DNA from: Felis catus
Taxonomy: Eukaryota
Assembly: GCF_018350175.1 (NCBI RefSeq)
Contig: NC_058383.1
Coordinates: 40,734,001 to 40,798,000, forward strand
Reading direction: 5' to 3'
Length of the DNA stretch: 64,000 nt
The notes beneath the pieces were generated by a model. It was not told the origin of the DNA and searched no databases. It worked only from the letters and a program-made list of their open reading frames with translations. Each line of letters starts with the position of its first letter. Position 1 is the stretch's first letter. The position numbers were made by a program, and so were the translations under genes. This document shows, one piece after another, positions 57,001 through 64,000 of the stretch.

Positions 57001-60000
57001 CTCAAAACCCCACTCTTGGGCCGGAAGGCCTCTGGCAGGGCAGAGCCACTTGCCGAGCCGGGAGGGACCCTGGCAGGGAAGGAAGAGCCAGGCCTGGAGC
57101 AACATTCTCTGGAGACAGATGTGCACAGACTCACTTCAAGTCAAGGGCGGAGACACCAGTCTGGCGGGGGCAGTGCCACGAGTGAGACTGGACAGGACCC
57201 GTGAGCAGCTGGGGTTAACCCTGTTGCCTGGGGCACAAGGAACAAAGCCTCTGTCTAGTGCTGCAGTGGGGGGCCCCTGACCCCCAACCCTGGAAACCCC
57301 CCTTCTTTGACATAACAGAGGGCGCATGTAGTGACCTCATCTCAGCCCTGTTCATACAGCTAAACGTGCCGTCCCAGGACTGGAGTAAGTCAAGGTATGG
57401 ACGTACCAAGTGGGTATAAACGTAAGACACGGAGGTGCACAGCAGACTGCGAGAAGTACACAGATGTGCAGACCTTTTAAGTTTTGTTTTTTTTTTTTTG
57501 AGAGAATGAGCACAAGTGGAGGGGTGGGGGAGGGGCAGAAAGAAAGGGAGACAGAATCCCAAGCGGACTCCACTATCAGCTCAGAGCCCGACGTGGGGCT
57601 CGATCCCACAAAACCGTAAGTGAGATCATGACCTGAGCCGAAGGAAGAGGGGGACGCTTAACCGACTGAGCCCCCCAGGCGCTCCGTCCAGTTTTTAGAA
57701 ACAGAAATACAAACACACCACAACCCACAGAGAACAGTTTCCATGCACAACCACGTGTTGGAGGCTCGACAGGGACTCACCTTCTTGCTCCTGCTCACCT
57801 GTGTGAGGCTGAAAAGCTCAAACAAGCAGGCAGAAGCTCATCTCTTGGGCTCAGGCTTCAGCCACGCCCCTAGGCGGTTGTGGAACCTCTGGCTGTCCCC
57901 TGGAGCCAACCTGCACCCACAACCATCTTCCTGGGGCTGCCCCAGTCGCGGTCCATCACAAGGAGGAAGGACACACGCTCAGAGTTTTTAAATGAGCGGG
58001 TACTCCAGGGTACAAACAGAAGCTCTCCCCATCGCTCCAGGGATACCCGCTTACTGTCTCATTCCTGACACAGACGGGGATGTGGTGCAAGCTGCCCAGC
58101 CCCCACCCGGGACCCCCGGCCCCACAGACGCCAGAGCCTCTCGCCAGGCTCAGCAGGTAGCGCGGCTGTTGGCACTTAGGTGACTTCACCTACTGTGTGG
58201 TTACCAACACCCGAGATGAAGGCCTGAGCACATACAACGGGATCCGGACCACAGGATTCCCAGAGGTGGGAGTGCGGGGCCCAGGTCCTCATTCTGTCCA
58301 TTTCTGAGCTACCGCTTATCCCTCAGAAGATGCAGAGGGATTTTAAGGGTGAGCAGTTTGATGAGCTTGGACAAACGTACGTACCTGTGCCACCAGCACC
58401 CCAACCGAGGTGCAGAGGTGCACTTTTTATGAAGTCAGTTTTTGGCACGTGTGATACATGTTGTACGGTAAGGCTCCCAAGGAGCTCTGCCTACGCCCTC
58501 AACACGCACCCAGGCTTCTGCCCAGGAGCCAGACAAGCACTGAAAATGGGGAGCAGGTGTCTGTCAAACGGTCTCTGGCCCAAATGCCCCCCAACCTGGG
58601 CGGTGACAGGTGGCATGCTGGTACCCTCACCAGCAATCGTGTAATGGCGAATGTGAGCCCGAGACCATTTTTCACAGGAAACCCCTTTTCACGGGAATGA
58701 ATTGAACCCTCTCTATCCAGACCAGCGCCTGGCCGTGCTCTCCCCAGTGCTAATCCAGGTGACCCCAAACCCTCAATTGAACAGAACGTTCCCTGCTCCT
58801 AGCCCCCAGTCCCCTCCCTGGGACTCCAGGGGACCCCAACGGGAGGCACTGGCCTCCCAGGGCCACCTCAGCACCCAGCAACAGCAAACACGGGCCACAG
58901 TCCAGTGGTCCAGGACAGAAAGGTACTCATGGCAAGAGCCACGAGACAGTACCGCTGTGGGGCATGTGACAACACACAGGGGCTGGCCAGGGGCTTCTGT
59001 GTTCTGGACCTTACGGGACCCGCAAGGCCTCTCTGACCTTAACGGGGGGTAGGAGAGTGACAGGAGAGAGGAAACTCCACTAGCGGTATCATCGGCTGCA
59101 AAGTCAGGTAGTGCCGACCATGCAGACCCCACCGTCCTCACTGCCACCACCAGACGGGACAGAAGCACGACAGGCAGAAGCACCCCAGACTCGGCGCCCG
59201 CTGCCGGCCACCCAGCCCCGAAACGACCAGCACCCCCAGAGCTAGCAAAGCAAAAGCAACAGCTGATACACAACTGACTGGGTTGGATGCTTTGGAGAGA
59301 ACGTGGACGTGGTAACAGGATGTGCTTCCTCAGAACGTACAGTCTGGCGAATGTGCAGGCCTGGCTGCTGCTTTGGTCCTCAAGTGTCTACACAGAAACA
59401 GGTGTCTGTGGTCTGTCCCACGTTCACACTCACAGCAGGCAGGGCAGCCGAGGCCTCTCGGGTCTTTTCTCAGCATCTCCCAGGGGGCCTTTATTATCAT
59501 ACCCAACGTAACTCCTCCCATCTCTTCATTTTCCGTTTTATTACAAAAGTAGTATGCGTTTATTGTAGCAAAGTTAGGAAATAGTAAAATGCAGAAGAAA
59601 CACGTCGGAACTCACCACTGACCCATGGTCCACTGACAATGAACACTAGCGGTCAGAAGACAACCTCTCGTCTCCTATGTATAAAACCACACGTGCCGTC
59701 CCACCTTGAAGCAAAAGCGGCCCGTGGACCACACGTGCGTGCCTGAACTCTCCCTGTGCTCACTCAAGCTGACAGGCCCCAAAGCTGGGACCCACACCCG
59801 GAGGTCCCTCTGTCTTTTCTTGCTTAGGCTCAGTTTAGGACCTGCCGGGTGCACACCACCTCTGCAGGGCCCCCCCAGGCATCGGGCACGCACTGGGGGT
59901 AGCCTGTGCACGGGTCACATCACCAAGCTGGCCGCTCCAGGGGCAGAGCTCCCAGGACAGGAGCTCCCAAGCCCAGCCTGGGGGTCCTCCACCCCAACCT

Positions 60001-61585
60001 CAGCAGAAAGCAGATGGGGGCCCCATTTGGGGTCTTCCTCCCGATCACCATGCCGGAGAGGCTCCCACTCAGGAGGCCCTGGAGGGAAGGCTGCGGCTGG
60101 GTGTTCCTGTTGACATCTACTCAGACTCCATCCGACTCTGTCACAGAAGAAATCTCCCTCTGGTTTCCCAGGTCCCACAGACCAGAAAGAGTAGCATGGG
60201 AGTGGCTGGGCATTCATCCCTGCTCACGAAGCAAAACAAATGCCCAGGGGACTCCCCTCAAGCCCGAGCCAGAGTGGGGGGCTGGTGACAGGCAGCGCCT
60301 GCTCCTGCTGAGTGCAGACCCACCCGTGGCCCGTGCCCCACAGCCAGAGGCCCGGCCACGTGCCCAAGCGCCAGGTCCCAGCACGAGTGTGTGGTGCTCC
60401 CGACGGGGGATCCTGCCTGGGGTGCAGGGCAGCTCTGACTCCAGGGGTCTCCTCTGCAGGGGGGTCACGGCCTGCCCTGAATCAAAGCCGACAAAGCCGA
60501 CCCGGCAGTGAGAGTCCACAGCTCTGTTGGTGTGGCTACTTTCCCTTCGCCTAGCCTTGAACCACACAGACCCAGTCAGCACGCAAGCACGCTGGGGGAA
60601 CCTGGGGTCGCAGACAGAAACGGGCAGGTGCCCCTGCCCCTAAGGGCCTGCAGCAGCCCCCTCCGCGGCAGCTCCGATGCTCGGTCCCTGAAGTCCTCAG
60701 CAGCGATCCCGGCCAGCCCGCCCGGGCAGCCCCCTCTTCCCAGTGAACCGGTGACTGAGCGGCTCCCCAAGGCTCCCAGCACACTCCCGTAGAGCTCGGG
60801 ACGCCGACTGGAGCCACGGAGCTCTGACGGCCAAAGCTGCGTCACTCAGAGGACATCCTCGTTTGGGCTCCTAGTAGAAGCCGGGTGTTCAAACGCCAAG
60901 ACTTGCTTAGAAAGAGTGACACACAGCAGCTGGGGAGGTTGTCCTGGAGAACAGCACCCGCACTGATGCTGGGCTTACCTGTGCGCCCCTGGAGTAGGAC
61001 CTGAAGATGGTGCAGAACCTGCCCTGGCCCGATGTGTCCCTGCAACACAGGGGACGGGGGACGCAGCATGCACAGCGTGAATCCGGGGAGGCGCGTGCCC
61101 CCCGACCTCCCCCTCCCCCACAGCGTGCCCTGGCTGACCCCCATGGGCCTATGTTCCCTGGAACCCTGCCCCGCCGGGCTGGAGAACCCCCACTGTGGGA
61201 TTTTACACCTCCACACTGAGGTTCTAGAAAATGCTCCTTAATGTGTAGCCCAGTAAAGGGCAAGGGGAGAGGGGCCATGGCCACTGTGGGAATGAGTCTC
61301 CACAGGAAAAGGGAGATGGGCTCGGACTTTTGGGTTCTGCGCCACGGAGCAAAGTCCATTCCACGCCGACACAGGGTCTGTGCAAATGGCTATGCATGTG
61401 GATGTAAACCAGGGCACCCCCCGGTCTCTTTAAGGGTTCCTGACTCACTTCAGGCACTGTGCAATGACACTGAGGTGCCACAGCCCCTGCCCCCAGGCAC
61501 CTTGCCTGGCATGGCCTGACTCACCAGAGTTCCAGCTTGACCCGCCGTCCATCCAGCAGGATAGTGGTCGTCTTATAGTCGATGC
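54015..61585 (-). CDS. RAB40C: Ras-related protein Rab-40C, exons 2-6 (exon 1 lies beyond the window)
   Basis: Exons 61585-61525 ([20 protein letters not shown]), 61039-60979 ([20 protein letters not shown]), 55458-55381, 55098-54876 and 54295-54015 (SOCS box [16 protein letters not shown] end CKIS*). Confidence 0.97.
55602..55827 (-). mobile_element. CAN-SINE (SINEC_Fc2-like)
   Basis: GGGGCGCCTGGGTGGCTCAGTCAGTTGG head on the minus strand, (CT)n region and A-rich tail. Confidence 0.92.
56156..56368 (+). mobile_element. CAN-SINE with degenerate TSD
   Basis: GGGGCGCCTGGGTGGCTCGGTCGGTTAAGCATCCGACT head and poly-A tail; flanked by AAAATGACTCAAGCT and AAAATCACCCAAGCT. Confidence 0.92.
57477..57685 (-). 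mobile_element. CAN-SINE
   Basis: GGAGCGCCTGGGGGGCTCAGTCGGTTAAGCGT head on the minus strand; T-rich tail on the plus strand. Confidence 0.88.
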
Positions 61586-62290
61586 CTGCAAGGAAGCAGA
61601 GGGCAGCTGTAGGCGACGCCTGGGAACGGGCCCGCCAGGGCCGAGAGGTGTGCCACCCCACCTGAGCCTTCCTGTGGCTCCAGCCCAGCAACCCGAGCTG
61701 GCCACCCCCGTGTTGCCCCAAGAGCCCCGGCTGCAGGGAGGGAGGCTGCAGGAGGATGGTTCATCTCCATGCTGACCTACTTCCTGTAGGTCCTGTCGTC
61801 GACCTCCCAAAGGCTCGGTGTGCTTCTGGGTCCTTGGGCTCACTACAGTCCCCAGGTACTGGCAACTGGAACGTGCTGGGAGCATTATTAAGGGTAAAGT
61901 AATTCCTAAAATGCCATTTCCCTGGAGAGCCTTCTGAAAGACCTATGCTTGCCATATCTTTAGTTTTTATTTTTTCACGCTTTCATGTAAAGAGAAGTCG
62001 GCAGGAGCAGGGACACTTAGCTTACATGTAACATCTTCTAGTGCTTTGTGGGCCATCTGGAAACTTTGCCCAAGCTCTGTCTTCCATCCACCTCTTTAAC
62101 CCTTAAATATCTCACAGGTTTCTTGTCTTTTCCTAACACTTCCTCCAAGAGGGCTTGAAAATGGGCATTTTTAATGCAGGTGCTGTTCTCACACTGTGCA
62201 TATGGCACACCCACTCCGGCACCGGTGCCTCTACCCTCGCTGTGCCTCTGCCTGGCGAACTCCCAAGTGTGCCCCTAAACCTGGCTCCCA

Positions 62291-63205
62291 TGCGTCAAAA
62301 GACGTTCGACAGAATGAAGATGGAATCCACAAAATGGGAGAAAATATTTGCACGTCACGTATCTGATGAGGGGCTGATATCCAGAATAGAGAAGGAAACA
62401 CGACAACGAAAAAAACAACAAAAAATCCAATTAAGAAATGGTCCAAAGACTTGGGTAGACATTTCTCCAAAGAAGATACAGAAATGACCAATAAGCACAC
62501 GGAAACAGCACCCATCATCAGGAAAAATGCAAATCAAACCACAACGAGATGTCACTGCGCACCAGACAGTTACAGAAAAACAAACAAACAAACAAACAAA
62601 CAGAAAATAACAGGCGCTGGTAAGGATGTGGAGAAACTGTACCGTCGTGCACGGCCAGGAGGAACAGAAAAGGGCGCAGACACACGGAAAACACTCAGGT
62701 GATGCCTCAAAAAATCAAACACAATTACTTTATGATGCAGAAATTCCACTTCTGGGTGCACAACCAAAAACGAAAGCAGGGAATCAAACACGGGTGTATT
62801 TCCACACCCACGCTCACTGCAGCACTATTCACAGCAGCCAAAAGGTGGGAGGAGCTCATGGGCCCATCGGCGGATGGGTAGAACGTGGTCTGTCCACGCA
62901 GCGGACTAGTCCTGTACCTTCAAGGGGAGGAGATTCCGACACGCGTTCGGACGCGGATGGACCTCGAGGATGCTGTGGTCAGTGACATAACTCCTGTCAT
63001 GGGAATACAGTGCGGGTGCCCCTGGGGACAGGAGACGGTGGTCCCCAGGGGCAGGGGAGGGGTGGGCACAGAGCTTCCGTTTGGGGCCGTGGGAGAGCTG
63101 TGCGGATGGGCGGCGGTCGTGGTCCCAAACAGCGAGGATGTGCCTCCTGCCACTGAACTGTGCTTCTAGAAACTTCGACTACATACGCTTTACCACAACA
63201 CACAG
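62291..63205 (+). mobile_element. Old L1 (L1MB-like) fragment: ORF2 3' end and 3' UTR
   Basis: Degenerate KWEKIFA..SDEGLISRI, RHFSKED and CAAATCAAACCACAACGAGAT; GCAGCACTATTCACA; ends near TTTACCACAA. Confidence 0.85.
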
Positions 63206-64000
63206 AAAAGGGAGAAGACTGTCTTGTACACATTCTCAATTGACAGAAACACTTCTCGGAAGAAGCAAACTCAGGCCTGTCCCACCATCTTTCCTCGACA
63301 CCTGCCCTTCCCCTGACCCTCAGAGGAAGCTCCTGTAATTCAGTCAAAAAAGCAGCACAGATTTAACCCGAAACTCGCCTCCTTTTGGTTCTGGCTCTAC
63401 AGCTGCTGTGAGATGGACCACAGGAGGATAATGTGGGAAACAGAGATGACCAGAAAGGTTGTTGGTGTGGATGCCCATCCTCTGGGCAACATCTCCTCCG
63501 GGTGGAGATCAGCCCGGCAGGCTTGGGCCTCGGGGACTGGACACCGCCCAGGACGTCTCTGAGGCTCCAGGAAAGGGGCCGCCCTGACGCCAAGTCCCCC
63601 TGAGGCAACTCCCGGAAGCCCAGCTGGGAGCTGCAGGGAGGAGGGCGCACCCAGGAAAGGCCCCGGAGACGACATCAACGCGGACCGCGCTGTGCGCAGC
63701 CCGGCACCCCGCCGACCTGTCCGCCTGCGCTCCACCCGACCCACTGCGGCAGCGCGTCCACGGCGGTCTCCAGTCTCTGCTCACCGGCAGCTCCACTGAA
63801 GGCCCGGCCGTGTGCACAGCGGGACCCGTGCAGATGGGCACTCGGAGCTGGGAGCCAGACCGAGGGAGGGTCCGGTCTGCTCCCGGCCCCTCCTGCTGCA
63901 CAGCCCACCCAGCTTAGGTCAGAGGGCTCCCAGAGCACAGGGTTCTTGGGGAAGGCCACACAGGAGAGCCCGGGGACGGCTCGGAGCCATGCCCTCCCAT

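Noticed and set aside
58330-59620. Short AT-richer patches resembling old L1 fragments
   Set aside because: Too degenerate to delimit or classify without RepeatMasker.

Overview
This is a GC-rich, gene-dense mammalian region. Its CAN-SINEs are of the felid SINEC_Fc type, so the source is most likely a cat-family genome, and the gene order matches human 16p13.3. I assembled exons by hand from splice signals and reading-frame continuity. The genes are WDR24 (3' part, +), JMJD8 (+), STUB1 (-), RHBDL1 (-), RHOT2 (-), WDR90 (-, 42 exons), MCRIP2 (-), tRNA-Gly-CCC (+), METTL26 (+), WFIKKN1 (-) and RAB40C (exons 2-6, -). All models keep their reading frame. Repeats include CAN-SINEs (one nested, two inverted pairs), L1 fragments, MLT1- and MER21-like LTRs and a solo ERV LTR with a TSD. 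I found no wholly new gene system. The most interesting items are local: a perfect telomeric array in METTL26 intron 2, an apparent intron loss in WDR24, a 50-bp duplication copying a WDR90 splice donor, a tandem ZNF143-site array between the tRNA and METTL26, three GC-AG introns, a candidate hairpin-embedded poison microexon in RHOT2, a triple nuclear-receptor element in MCRIP2 and an extra cysteine in WFIKKN1 Kunitz domain 1. All comparisons with human come from memory and need checking. Most ORFs in the supplied track are GC-rich noise.
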